64,000 bases of DNA from Marsupella aquatica (taxonomy: Eukaryota > Plantae > Marchantiophyta). Shown in pieces: positions 1 to 12,856 of this stretch. Each line of letters begins with the position of its first letter. The first letter of the stretch is position 1. The notes beneath the pieces were generated by a model. The model made no database searches. It saw only the letters and a program-made list of their open reading frames with translations, and had not been told where the DNA came from. Location of the stretch: contig OZ316894.1 in the NCBI GenBank assembly GCA_973895155.1, positions 7,712,234-7,776,233 on the forward strand, in the 5' to 3' direction. The position numbers and the translations under genes were made by a program.

Positions 1-1962
1 TCCCAGAGTCTTGGATTTTAGGTTTTCCTTCGATGCCGGTGCCTCGGCTACAATGCCCTTTCCCTTTGAAAGATTATTCCTCTTGCTCGTTATTGTTTGA
101 ATTGTGGTTGTGGTTGTGGTCCATGCCGTATCCAAGGTTGGACTTACTTTGTTCAGTTGCTGTGACTTATGAGTGAGAGTTTTCTCTTCCTCGAGACCGT
201 TTACCTTTTGAAATTGTAATAGACGGGTACACCGAGTAAGAATAAAGAGCATGCGTGTGTGCAGCTGCTTCAGAATTCCCATAGGCAAAACTTGACGCTT
301 ATCGTCAAGATCCTGCACAAATCTTTCACAGTGCTTCCGGAATTCTGTGGGCTTCATTAATGTACAGTGTCTAGCCAGAACCAGAATGTCCTCAGCTTTC
401 TCTTGCCATTCGGCAGGTTGATTTGCATTCTTTTCAAGAATCTCGACCAAGTCCCCCGCAAAGACCTCAAGTTCGTTATTTACTTCCTCTTTTGCCGAGT
501 TGAATCTCGCCCGTAGGGCCTCTAAAATCTTCTGCAGTAGAAAAGCATAGCAAAATAGTTTCAATAAAGGCCGGAACGCTCAGAAGGTCAACCTAGAAAA
601 AGGAGTCAACTTCATAGGAAACATTTCTGCGAGTCAAAAAACCTTGACAGGGTAAAACAACAAAATGGAACTGCGGATACCAAACCTCCAAATCATTGAA
701 GCTATGAGACTTCCAGAAATCATGTGACCTAACGCCCTTTGGATCCAACTCGTGGGAGTAACTCTTGATATCATTATACTTCTTCTTCCGGGGGCCTGTT
801 GTCATCCGCAGCAATGCTTGAAATCTTGGCGACTCTGTCTCCTTCGGTGTGTCTGTAGGACTGACAGTCTGGCTTGTTGGACTCTGCTATCGACAAAAAA
901 GGATAATTAGGGCCAAGCATCAAAGAATTAAACCCAACCATGAGAAGTTCCAAACAGAGATAAAGCACTCCGTTCCAGTCGGTCGACAACTGTTTACCAA
1001 TTCACTTCTGCATCGTGTTCACTTTCATCGCAGAAATAAGCAGTAAACGAAGGACAATTATTACTGAAATCCCACCGAACCTAGTAGGATTAAGAATTGC
1101 TTATGCCCTTACCTCGCCTTCTTGAAGGCTTGCATCCGAACTTTTGATGCTCTCCATGTCAGCATCGATGGCAGACTCGCGAGGAATCGGCTTATCTGCA
1201 AGACCTGCTCCATCGCACACAAGTACTTAGCGTTCATCGCTTCGCAAGGGATAATGGGTATGATAGAAGTCCTCCATTCTGAAGGCCAGCTACATACTGG
1301 TATCAACGTCTAGAACAGGCCTACATATCGGTCTAATTTGCTGGACGGTAAAACTCGACAAGCAGTAAGATCATCTGGTTAACTGTAGCTATGGAACAGT
1401 GCGGCATGGTAAATCCCGACGACAACTTTTCTTGCACTTCGGCGAGTGAGACTCAACATCTTGAAGGATCGAGAAGTCGAGCGATTATCTTGAAAGGACG
1501 AGAGTAGCCAACACTCGTCACCAATCAATTACAGTGCTACCAAGAATTCGAGTAGGGAAATGCATCCATGAAATCCAATCAGACTAGTCCGCTCTTTAAG
1601 GGGATATGCATCCACGACATTCCATAAAAATGGTCCACGTGCAAATTTCAGCTCGCTGTTTCTGTGACCGGTACGACACGACCAGTGGAAGATACGAATA
1701 CCCGCAAAACAGACTAAAAATAGGATGCACGGCGCCGGAGCGTTCCGGATGGGATCTTGCGGAGAAATATTGCGCTATTAAGCAAATTAGAGATTCACGA
1801 AACTCCAAATGCTAAAAAATGCAAACAGGCAAGACAAAGGACGAAAACCATCTAAACCACAAAAAAATCAGGATCTTATGTATCTTTTCCCGTACACTGT
1901 GCAGCTGAGTAAGGTGTCCGGCTGCTCCATTTCTTCAGTTTGTGCAAGCCTGGTGACTCCAT
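1..1962 (-). CDS. IRE/IREH1-family AGC (MAST-like) serine/threonine kinase, 5' part; the kinase domain lies left of the window
   Basis: Minus-strand exons: ~1962-1896 ([14 protein letters not shown].., start uncertain), ~1195-1113, 886/883-686 ([41 protein letters not shown]) and 531-1 ([71 protein letters not shown]). These match the recalled N-terminal motifs of plant IRE/IREH1 kinases. Junctions are GT-AG, and the last exon is open to base 1. Confidence 0.88.
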
Positions 1963-4900
1963 AGCAATTGTCAGGCCCACCTGGCCTCCCCTATCCTACT
2001 GATCTAGAGATGTGTACTCCAGCATGCCTTTCGAGAACTTCGCCCCAAGAGACTGTAAATGTTTCGACAAGAAGTTGCCGAGAGGAATAGAGTCTCCAGA
2101 ATCGAAAAGTCTCTAGATTCCAGTAAACCAGATGAGGGTGGAGATTCCTGACTGAAGTGTGTCGACTGACGAATATGTCAAATCCGGATCAATCTCGATG
2201 GAAAACGACGGATAGATTGCGCACTGACAGCAGCCAGCTCACCATGATTGTCCCATTTCCCGTCGCCCTTTCGCAGATCCATAGTGCTGCCAGGTTTGAT
2301 TTCGATGGAGGCGACGATGAGTCTTATCCATTTCTAACTTCAAAGAAACATAATTGAGAAGGAAAGTGTAGTAATCATGCCGTGTACGCCGGCGTAGAGC
2401 ACTTTGAAAGAGGAGGCCTGAGCCGAGCCCTTGGGCAGAAGCACGTGGCCAACAAGGCATTTCTATCGGACATCGGAAAACAGACAGCAATCCTGGCCCA
2501 CCTCCAAGCACAGATGTGGAGCCGACGAGGTCCAGTGGCGGGAAAGAATGAGGGCCGGAAGTTGCTGAATGAAGCAAAACCAGAGTATCAACCTCTTCGA
2601 ACTCCACCAAGCCAGCAAACTTCACATCCAACCAAACGCGCTATTTTACGCGGATTCGCAGTACCTTCCCAGACAACTCAAAGTACCCGTCTAAACTTAT
2701 CTCTTCTACCGTACCCTTGAGTGCACCTCATATCGCTTCGTCCAGAAAATCTAAATCAAAATTCCTCTACACCTGGACAGCACCAACCAGAAGCCCCTTC
2801 ATTTGCCTCCTTCCCTTCACGCTGCCTTCCTTCTGCTTCCCTTCTTCCTCCTGCTCCACGTCCTCTCGCTCCACAACGCTCGACGAGAACAGGATTGTGG
2901 TTTAGGTCTTCTCCGTCCGTCCGCTAAAGCATCGACGAATCGCACATGTGAAAAATTTTCGTAAAGCCGATGAACAAAGAATTCATGTCCTGCAATCGCA
3001 ACGCATCGCATCGCATAGCAACATCGTCACTCAAGCTCCTGCAGCAAAAACGGATTCATCATCACTCAGCGCCTTTTCCCTTCCTCCGTCTCGCTTCTCT
3101 TCTTCTTCTTCTTCTTCGTCCCTGGACGTGGGACCCGCGCACCCAAGAACGACGGACGATGGCTTTTCGGCCTCGCTCCGCTACAAAAACTCACTAACCA
3201 CCGCGCAAAGAGTGAGTCATTGAACGCACCTCACACGAGCGATAGAGACAAGAAAGAAAGCTCCAAGAGACTCGACGCCCGACTCCACCCGCACCCCACT
3301 CGACTCCACGAGCAAAGCCGCCTCTATTCATTCTCATCGGCTGCGCTTGTGCACATGTTTTCCGAGCGGGGAAGGGAAGGGAAGGGAAAGGAAAGGAAGG
3401 ACAGCTGGGCCACCCAGAGCTGGCTTGGCCAGCGCCGAACGACACAGGTGCGGGTTCGGTTCAGGCAGCCCACGTTCGGCATTCCCCAACCTCACCTCCG
3501 TCCCCTTCCCCCCCCCCGGCTCCACCGCCTACGCGGCGCGTGAAAAGAAAGCCTGCGCAGCTTACATGTCACCTGCATTCCTATCTCTACCGCATTTAAT
3601 GCAGTGTACAGGCTTGCGTGTTACATTGTCAGATCGATTTAATAAGGACCAGCGTAATTTCACCAGCCTGTTTCGCCAGTGTCACGGAGAAGATGCAAAG
3701 AATATTCTTTCATTAATTTCCGTCACATCTCCTGCATTGAATTCAAGGCTGACCGTAATTCTAGTGGGTTGTGGCTACTCTAGGTTGGGACAAATTGGAT
3801 GCTGGAAGGCAGAAATGCAAGCCAAGTTTGGCCGAAACTCGAAAGTGACCAAGACTCTTGAATTAGTCTGGCTAATTCTCGCAACGAAAAACAGCTGCGA
3901 GTAACCTCAATCTTTTTATGTATTTACGGAATCTGAGACAAATCTTGAGATCTAGACCGTAGAAGAGAACATTTCCGCTAACAGCATCATGATGCGCGTA
4001 GCATGAGGTTGTAGGTAATAGCTGACCTGTCCCCGCATTTAGTACGGGGAACCAAACCCCTAGAATTACATGAGCTTTACATGTCAGATGGATTCCCATT
4101 TCGAGGGTGTACGGCGTAACCTCACCGCACTAGGATGCTGTACCGTGTAGACGTGTACCGCACTGGCGGAGAAAGCAGGCAGCGTCTTACATGTCAGGAG
4201 AAGGCCAGTGTTCCAGCACGTGTTGATGTTTGGATCGTGCTGCGTCCTCTTACCTTTTATGGCAATAGCGGATTGTCGTTTTGCCATCCTCATTTTCTAT
4301 GCTCCTATTTGTTGAGTTTTGTAATTTTAAGACGAGCAGAGGGCCGGACTCATTACGGGGGGGCGCCATGGGACCCGCAAGCCAGAAACCAGTTTGATTC
4401 TCGCCTACCATTATTCTCAGGCGAATTATTCAAAGACTCTCCCAACAAGAAAGTTAGATGAGAATTCGTCTGCGCGGATTTGCCGTAGCACGGCAAAGAC
4501 TGACTGAACGTGTAGAAAAATCCACAAAGACGACGAGAGAGTCAATAGTCCCCAAAAAACTATCCAATCCGTCGAATAAGGGGGCAACAACTATTCAAAC
4601 ATGCATTATCCGAGAATAAAGCGGAACACGAGCACATTACACTACTCTTGTGGAATCCCTAGTAGTCATCTATTAGGATATTTGGTCAGAGTCTCATCTT
4701 GCCTTGACCTGTTTATGATTATAGTGTTGACGTACAGACATATACTATCTTGTCTGGTTTTTTCCAGCCTTTACCTTTGTTGTTCCTCTAGAGTTTTTTT
4801 CTCCTTGCTTGGTTGTCGTTTGTTGGCCGAGCCCTCTCTCCAGAATCTGAATTGGTCGTAGTTCGACTACAAAGTAGTTTCCTTCCAAGTTTGAGGTTAG

Positions 4901-5888
4901 GTGAAATCTCAGTCTGCTAAATCTGAAAAGCTCATTCATCCACCTCTGCAACTGCTTTGAATAGAAACTGGGCTTCCTTTAGAGCCACCCCCTTATAGAG
5001 AAGCCACCTAACACTACAAGAAATAATTTCATTTAAGACGGTCTATTCTTGTCAGTTCATGTATTTGAAATATGAAACAGCCTCCTTAAAAAAATCAAAA
5101 TTCTCTTTTGTTTCAGTTCAAATCAAGGCTGACTTCCAATTTTAATTCCTTGTCATTCTTCCCTCCTTAAAAAATAGATTCCTACAGCAACTGTCTACAG
5201 AAAATTTTGACCACAAGTTAGTAAGACCTCCCAGGGGTCAAGTGAGCTAAGGAAATCAATGTGGAGTTACATCTGAAACAAAGTTTTGTACAGAAAAAAA
5301 TTATGTCCAATAGTCTGAGTAGGCAATTTTTGAATGTAAATAAAGGTGGCAACAAAGAAACCTCACAGAAAACAAGTTCACTACTACTGATGTTCATCAA
5401 TAATTTCCCCAATTTCTGTTTTCTGCCTGCACCCCCCCCCCCCAACGCACTTGTTCATGAATGACTTGTCCCCAATCCCTGTTTTTGCTTGCACCTCCAC
5501 TTTCAGATAGCCCCCACCGTGCCGGTCTGGAGCTTTCACTCTACTAGACAGTAGGAGTGAAAAGTAACTTTCAATGCAATTATTTAGTTAGAGAGATACA
5601 ACATAGTAATATATACACACCCTTTAGAAATAATACAGTCCCCCTCCTGTGACAAAATATAAACCCTAGTGATGACAGTTGTAATTGTTTCAGAACTGAG
5701 ATTTACTAAGTTACCATCATTTTTGTCTAAAAGTATCTAATTGTCACTCTTGTTAGTTTGATAAATGCTTTTCCACTCTTTTTAAACCAGGGTTAAGCTA
5801 ACTAAGCTGGATTAGTTCAAACAATCAAACTGTGGCAGAATTTATGTTTGACAAGTGGAACTTCCCTTGATCCTAACTTGTGCACTCA

Positions 5889-7514
5889 TACTGCCTCCCA
5901 CCTTGGGTGTGGGTCTCTTTCAGGAGACCTCAGGGGACCCGCAGCCAGGAGCAAGTCGCGGAACTCGACTACCTTAACACTTAGCTCCGGCGTCGCTGAC
6001 TCCGACACCGAGCTCCCTTATGGTCCAGGCCCAGATAGGCCATCCGGGGAGGACTTAGCATGGGGAGACTTGTGAGCAAAGAGACGTGCCACTAGCAAAG
6101 GCAAGGAGCCAAGCTGGTGACACACACTAAGGACTTGGGCTAGCTGAGAGCTGGTTGGGTCAAGGGGAAATGGGCCGGGCTCAGGACCGACCGTCCGGAC
6201 CTCCGGATGGACTTTGAATTCTGAGGGCTTGAGGGTGAGCTCCTCTTGGGCCCAAGGCCCATGGAGTTGACGCAATGGGCAACGGACGCTTGGGGCGCAA
6301 GCTGTGGCCCGATCCGGTTGGGCCGATCGGGGGCCCCAAGTGGCGATGAGACCTGAGGACCTAGGCATGAGCACTGGGTCGGCCCGATCACAACGGGCTA
6401 AGGCACTCCGCTTACGGATGCCTAACGAGAGAGTTATGGGCGTTGCCAGTTGGTGGCGCACCCGTTATGCGCGATAGGATCCGGGTTGGAGGCCAAAGGT
6501 TTAGGGACCAAAGTTGGTCCGGGGTTGGCAGGTCTCCAGAAGAATATATGAGGGGAGTGGTGTCTCCCTGGGGGCTAAGAGCGAGCCGAAGTCGTGAGCT
6601 GCGGTGGTCGCGACACTAAGGGAAATTGTCAAACAGAAACTGCGATATCTTCCCAGTGGGAAGTTCGTTGGAGGACTTCTTGGGTGCGTTAGAAAGCTCT
6701 CGAGGAAGGCTATGCCCTCCTGAGCTCAGTTGGGTCTGGGGGCACCATGGGTTCTCGGGGTTTGCGGGTGTTAACTCGAACAGCAGCCAAGCCGCGTTAA
6801 GTTTCCCAAGGGAGCTTGCATTGGGGAGGCAAGGCCAAGTAGGTGTGGAGGTTGAGTTCCAAGAGTGCTCGGTCCCTAGGCCATTAGTGAGGCAAATCGG
6901 GAGTTAGTTGCTAGAGTCGGGGCCATTCTGGTCCCGACGTGTTGGGACAAGCTTTAGGACAAGCTACGTTATATATTTGGGCCATGAGCATGTCCTGGGG
7001 TTAGGGCGGTCAGTTGGTGATGGATAGGTACGAGGGGGAACCCGGGCCGCGCCCAAGGAAGGAGCTGTTCAAGACAAACAGTGGGCGTGGGTTCTGGTTC
7101 CGGCTTATGGCATCGGGAGGACCTATCGCTGACCTATTTACCAACGTCTGTTAAGCTTGAGTTATGATGCTAGACTTGGCAAGTTCTAGATCCTGAAGGA
7201 TTATTTACCGAGGTGCTTGGTTGCTTGTGCAGACAATGAGGACCGTTGAGTAGCGGTCGTGTAGGTGAGCAAGTGCGGCTTCGTATGGGAGGAGCCGCTG
7301 GTGCCAGAGGCACTAGGGTGCTTGTTCGAGGTATTCCGTGGAGGCGTTCGGACACCAGGGGTACTTAGGTGTGAGTGTTGGGACGAGTGCTAGGATTGGT
7401 GAGGACGCTGAGTGGCAAGGTCCGCCACTAAGCAAGACCCGGAGCCCACCAAGAGTGGGACTGGTTTGAGACTGGATGACTGCAAAAGACTTACCCCCAA
7501 GGTGGAGGGAAGTA
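5889..7514. mobile_element. 1.6-kb GC-rich insertion bounded by imperfect inverted repeats (non-autonomous TIR element or solo LTR)
   Basis: Left end TACTGCCTCCCACCTTGGGT matches the reverse complement of the right end, TACTTCCCTCCACCTTGGGG, at 16/20. There is TA at both ends and an abrupt GC rise against AT-rich flanks. No recognisable protein. Confidence 0.5.
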
Positions 7515-8523
7515 CCAAGATGGACCTATTAGGATTGAGTAGAGTTTGAAAATTTTGATTAAAAAAAATTCAAGGTGACCATCTGACCTAGCTTGAGTTA
7601 GTTTACTTAACTAATGATGGAAAAAGATTGCAAAGTATGCAATGAAAGTACTAATTAAACTAAACAACCTTTAAGTACATTGTCACTAAAGATGTTTGAA
7701 TTTATAAATATGTCACAATCTTTGAATATAGCTCCCATAGTTACCTTGGTGAACTTGTCATCCACAAACTGTGACAATTTTATGAATATACAAAAAACCG
7801 TGGCAATATTGTCAATTAGAACATCTTTAGTGACAAAGTACTTAAAAGTTATTAAATTAAAAGAGTGACAAAATATCTATTTGTGTTAAATTCACACTGA
7901 AAAAGCTAGTCAAAATGTCAGGAGTGGAATGTTCAATAGTGTACGGAGCTCATTATTAGAGAAGAGTTTGTCTACCAAAGAAGCTGCCTTGGGGGCCTTG
8001 GGTTTTCTGTAACTTTTATGTGTGTGTAAACCCAAAGATTGGCAATCTTATGAGACTGATGACTCCCTAAGAGAGCACTCCAATTGGTGCTCATTGAATA
8101 GCCTTACCATGTGGGATCCTGTTTGGCACCGACGATCTGGGTTTGTGAAGGGCCCAACGAGCTTCCCGACCCATCCTGGCTTTCATGCACACCAAAGGCT
8201 GAAGCATCTTTGCACTTGCAAGTACAAAGCCATTTGATCAAGACTGGGAAGGGCGATCACAATCAGGGCGGGTTGTGTCTCGCTTGTGGGATTGCAGGCC
8301 TCAGGTCCAACTTGCATGTAGCAACCCTTAATTTATCAGCCCTCCACACTTGCGAAACAAGCAGCAAAAAATATATTGTGTTTGGCAACAGTATTTGCTG
8401 TAGTTGAAAGACAGGTATCCACGAACAAAATGTCAAAAAACTTCTTGCTTGTACTTGTCTCTTTCAAATGATGGGACCTCAAGGGCCAGAGATGGCCCTT
8501 GCCCTTGGTTTTGAACTTTGCAT

Positions 8524-8980
8524 TGTTGGGTATTTACTCTTACGTCTAGGTTAGGTATGACGTGGTTGGTACAACAACGTGGGTTGGTACAACTATGTGG
8601 TTAGGTACAACTACGTGATTAGGTACAACTATGTGGTTAGGTACAACTACGTGATTAGGTACAACTATGTGGTTAGGTACAACTACGTGATTAGGTACAA
8701 CTATGTGGTTAGGTACAACTAAGTTGCACACTATATCATAAGAGGCATGTGTGCTTGGAGAGGTAGAACCAAGGCTCATTGTTATGGAGCCACTTGAGAG
8801 ATAGGGAGAGCTTACACTGTGGAGACTCGGTATAGCCGACGGGCTTAGAGTTCAGTAAAGCTCTCTTGTGTGTTCCCGTGGACGTAGCCTCAAGGAGGTG
8901 AACCACGTATCTCTTGTGTCGACTATTGTGCGTTGGATGGTTCATGGGCTTGCCGTTGCGATCGTCGTCTATGCTCAACA
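8524..8980 (+). mobile_element. Solo LTR of the same copia family as 48332-54866
   Basis: Begins TGTTGGGTATTTACTC and ends ATGCTCAACA, colinear with the reverse complement of the LTRs at 48332 and 54525. Perfect 5-bp TSD TGCAT at 8519-8523 and 8981-8985. Confidence 0.92.
8562..8720 (+). repeat. 18-bp minisatellite (about 9 units, alternating variants giving a 36-bp higher-order unit) inside the solo LTR
   Basis: GGTACAAC recurs every 18 bp from 8568 to 8712. Units alternate between GGTTAGGTACAACTACGT and GATTAGGTACAACTATGT. Confidence 0.95.
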
Positions 8981-10794
8981 TGCATGGCATAAACCCTGCC
9001 CAACGAGGAGGATTCTCCACATTATTGTCAGTGGGTACTCGTGCCATGTGTGAAGTTGAGGGCCAGAAAACGTAGGCCGCTCACATGCAAGTTGGCTCTC
9101 AGTTCAAGAAAACACCGAGCTGCAATGTTAGGGTGCGTGGACCGGGGCAATGTGGGGATTCCAAAGCAGGGCCCATGGCTGGTCCTCCCAGCCAGGCCCT
9201 GTAGTGGACTGCTGGAGTGGTCTAGGGTCTTAAAATGAGAAATTTTGAACAAGTGTTATTATATGCAAGATTATATGAAAAGTGTTCTGGAACTCTTCTA
9301 TGATCAAATGGTACTCTGAATGGAGTGGGTATTAGACATTCCAAGGGCTCTATTTGCTCTGGGTTCTTCTAGTCCGCTACCCAATGTAACACTCCCTATC
9401 CTTGCAACTTCCACTTCCCTTTCCTATCTATGATTCTGACTTTGCCTCCCATTCCTACCGGTCACTTCTACTTTGTCTTTTGATTCTCCTTGCATCGGCA
9501 CAACTTCCCTTACCCTATGTATGCACAACTTGTGTCTTGTGTTTCTTTGTTACAACTTAGTAAAGTTTTGTAAAGCAATTTTTTGAGTGATTGTCATTTA
9601 CAATGATAACATTGTGCATTGGACTATTTAAATGACATAGATTGTTTTTAGACTTATTTAGAGCGCCCTCTAGTCACTCTAGAGGAAAGTCTTGGATCCA
9701 AAGAAAACATTTTCAATTGAAATATCACACATTGTTCAACAAGCATGTGACAGTTGTTTAATGATGAAAACTGTATTGGCTGACATGGGATTTTCAGAAT
9801 TTACTACATTTATGAATGACCTAAAAAGAAAATTAAAAGTAATGATTGAAGTTTACTCGTCGTAGTACAAATGCTCATGCACAGAAATGCCACCTCTACC
9901 CCAGACTCCCCATGCCCATTGCTACTCAGAAGGATTGTCTATACGTCAAAATCTCTTGCACCAGAGACTTATGGCTTATTGCTTCGTTTTACAAAGTGGA
10001 GCACATCTAGAGCAACTTTGTTTTTAGTTGGGGAAAACTCACTTAAAAGTCTTGGCCACTTTTGAATTGAATTGGCTAGGCTAGTTGTCTTCCATTAGCC
10101 AATTTGCACCAAACCACAGACCCCACTAGCCAGGATGGAACTATTATCCTGAGAAAGATATGACAGTTGCACATTAATATTTAATTAGGAAAATTTTCAA
10201 GCATCTCCTCCTCTACACAAGATGGATGGAATTTGAAGCCCCCATGGACCACATTTCCCTAAAATTGTTTAATTGTAATAACTTAATATTTTTTGAATTC
10301 ATCTATATATATATTTTTATTTTGGGGTGGGGGGGGGGGGGGATTTTGAAGATATGCTAGGGGAGTAGGTAAGATACACTTTCATCAAAGTGACATTGAG
10401 CTTGTGGCCATTAGTTTGGGTGGAGTTTCTCATCATAAAATGCGGAGGTATAAATTCCATTATATTAGATTTCATGACGAGAGTCTGAAATATATGGGCT
10501 TGTGTTTTTTTAATGTCTCTTCCTTCTCTAGTTGCTTTGCAGATACACAACTAATTAGTTTGAGGAGCCCTTGGTTATGTAAGTTTGATGTTATTTAACA
10601 AGTTTAGTGATCATGAAGAGTTGCCTATTGGAATGAGATTGAAATTGAGATGATGGACAAAAAGAGGAGGTTATTTGTGGTAACAATCAATGCAAAATGT
10701 TCACTAAGTACTCGTATATATGTCCATGCAGTCCCTGCAACATTCCATAGAGTCCATGCAAATTGTTAAAGTAGCTTAAATGTTTTTTATGCTC

Positions 10795-10981
10795 CCTTGG
10801 TATTCATGTGTCCATTGTAGCTGAAGGGTTTCTTATTGTCCCTTATTCCTTTGTCCATATTAGCAAAAGGGTTTCTTATTGTCCCTTGGTATTCCTTTGC
10901 CCATTGTAGCCAAAGGGTTTCTCATTGTCGCTTGGTATTCCTTTGTCCATAGTAGCGAAATGGTTTCTTATGTTACCTTGG
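10795..10981 (+). repeat. Degenerate tandem repeat, about 4 units of 43-46 bp
   Basis: Consensus CCTTGGTATTCCTTTGTCCATTGTAGCNAAAGGGTTTCTTATTGTC seen four times in succession. Confidence 0.85.
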
Positions 10982-11301
10982 TTAATGTTACAATAGGTGA
11001 AGAGTTTCTTTTAACCCATAGTTCTATAAAAATTTGTCGATTATATAGAAATTTCAGACAATTTATTGGAAAACATTGATTCATCTATCATGACCCAAGG
11101 TTATTTTCTTTTATGCATTTCTTTGTTTATTTGAAGTGTTATCTTTCACTCTTCCATTGTAAGTTTTTACTTGTGTTTTTACAATTATTGGGTCTAATTG
11201 TTTTTCTTTGTATTGCTTCAAACACAAATTGTCATGTTTGGTTCTTCATGCATGACTAACCGTTCTTGTTTGTGACCAAGAGTGTTAGATGTGATTGCAT
11301 G

Positions 11302-11651
11302 TGTTAGGCATCTACTCTTAGGTCTAGGGTTATGACTGTAATCATAGTTAGGGCTGACCTTAGGCGCAAACTAGGTTAGGTTAACTAGGTTGCACACTAT
11401 ATCCCAAGCAGTATTAATTTGCTTGGATAGTAGGAACTCAGACTCATTGGTACGGAGCCAATTGAGAGATAGGAAGATCTTGTATTGCCAAGACTCAGTA
11501 TGACTAACGGGCCTAGAGTGCAGTAAAGCTCTTGTTTGTTCCCGTGGACGTAGCCCCAACTGAGGTGAACCACGTAATATCGCTTTGTGTCAACTACCTG
11601 TCCATTGGATGTTCATCCGCTTACCGTTGTGAATGTCGTCTTTGCTCAACA
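11302..11651 (+). mobile_element. Isolated, more diverged LTR of the same copia family
   Basis: TGTTAGGCATCTACTC...TTTGCTCAACA. Shares blocks such as TTCCCGTGGACGTAGCC and GAGGTGAACCACGTA with the other LTRs. The flanks (GCATG / ACACA) do not form a TSD. Confidence 0.85.
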
Positions 11652-12491
11652 ACACATACTTCTAGGGATTTTTGAAGGAGCTTCCCATGGGGGTCTGTAA
11701 AAATTACTTTAGGACTCGCAATCATCAAGTTATAGGCCCAAACTCCCATATACCATCAAAATGTGATCCAAGGGTGCAGTGTGTCCAACATGGTGATCCA
11801 TCCTAGCTTTAGTTTACACAAAATGACATTTGCCATGAAAAAGAAAAATCTCAATTTAACTTACATTGTTGTAGAGTGACCAGCTCTAGCCCAACTTACA
11901 TGTACAAGGTCCCCAAGGATGCTTCACAGATGCTAGCATATGATTGAGCAAGAACTAGATGTCCGAATCCTTCCCTTTGCCAGGACTGATGGAATATTTG
12001 TGGAATCCCAAGGGCAAGGCCTAGAAACATTCTGGCCATTGAGGTCCATTCTGGCCATTGAGGTCCAGACCTTTGATTTCATATTAAAACCAAAGCAGAC
12101 ATGACAGGGCAGCAATTACACCCCCCTGCCAATTCAGATTTGCTTTTTGTTGAGGGTTGAACAAATGCCAAGGGGCTGCCACATGCGAGTTGGGCCTTAG
12201 ACCAGCAGGATCCGTGTGGGCAAGCCCGAGAGAGATCCTGCACTGGGAGAGGAAGCAGAGCACCAACAGAAGTAGAGCCAGCTAGCACTATATTTCAAAC
12301 TGACTCCCAAAAAACAAAAAGGCACCCAACCATGATCCCTTTAGCAAAAAACCCAATCAAGGGAGAATAACAAGAAGACCAAAAAGCCAAAATGACCAGG
12401 GTGTAAGCCCAATTACACAAGAAAACAACAGCAGACAGTGAACCCCCACACTGGTGCAGAGTGGAGGTTACAACAATGAGTCACAAGTAAA

Positions 12492-12800
12492 GGGCTAGTT
12501 CCATGGGGCTGGGAGTGAGGAGTAGAGATGTATTAGGATGTTTAAACCAATAAGATTAGAGCTTTCCAGGGACTGAGGGGTGTACAAGTAGTGTAATAGG
12601 AAGGATGATTTTCCCTCACACTCCCTTTTAAACTCCAGGTCCCTCTATATAGTATTTGTGTGATGACATTCTCATTGGCTTTGAAGTCCAAACTCATACA
12701 TTTGAAATACTGTGTACACCTTGGCATATTGCGCATTTGGGCCCCAGGGGTGTCAGAGGAGGGATTGCACTCCCTGCCCCTGGCCCATGGAACCTAACCC
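12492..12800. mobile_element. Putative MITE (Tourist/PIF-Harbinger-like)
   Basis: Imperfect TIRs: GGGCTAGTTCCATGGGGCTGGGAG versus reverse-complemented GGGTTAGGTTCCATGGGCCAGGGG. AAA flanks both sides; non-coding, about 310 bp. Confidence 0.5.
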
Positions 12801-12856
12801 AAAGTGCACTACTAGTCTGTAGCTACGTTGTTGTGCAGTAGCGTCGGTGCAAAAGC

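Noticed and set aside
2239-3904. Overlapping 60-185-aa ORFs upstream of the kinase
   Set aside because: Low-complexity CT/GA-rich 5'UTR or promoter sequence with no domain similarity. All three minus-strand frames contain stops within about 1950-2010.
8546-8779. ORF with (VVPNH)n repeats, and a possible CRISPR-like array
   Set aside because: It is the translation of the 18-bp minisatellite inside an LTR. Units are contiguous with no unique spacers, and there are no cas genes.
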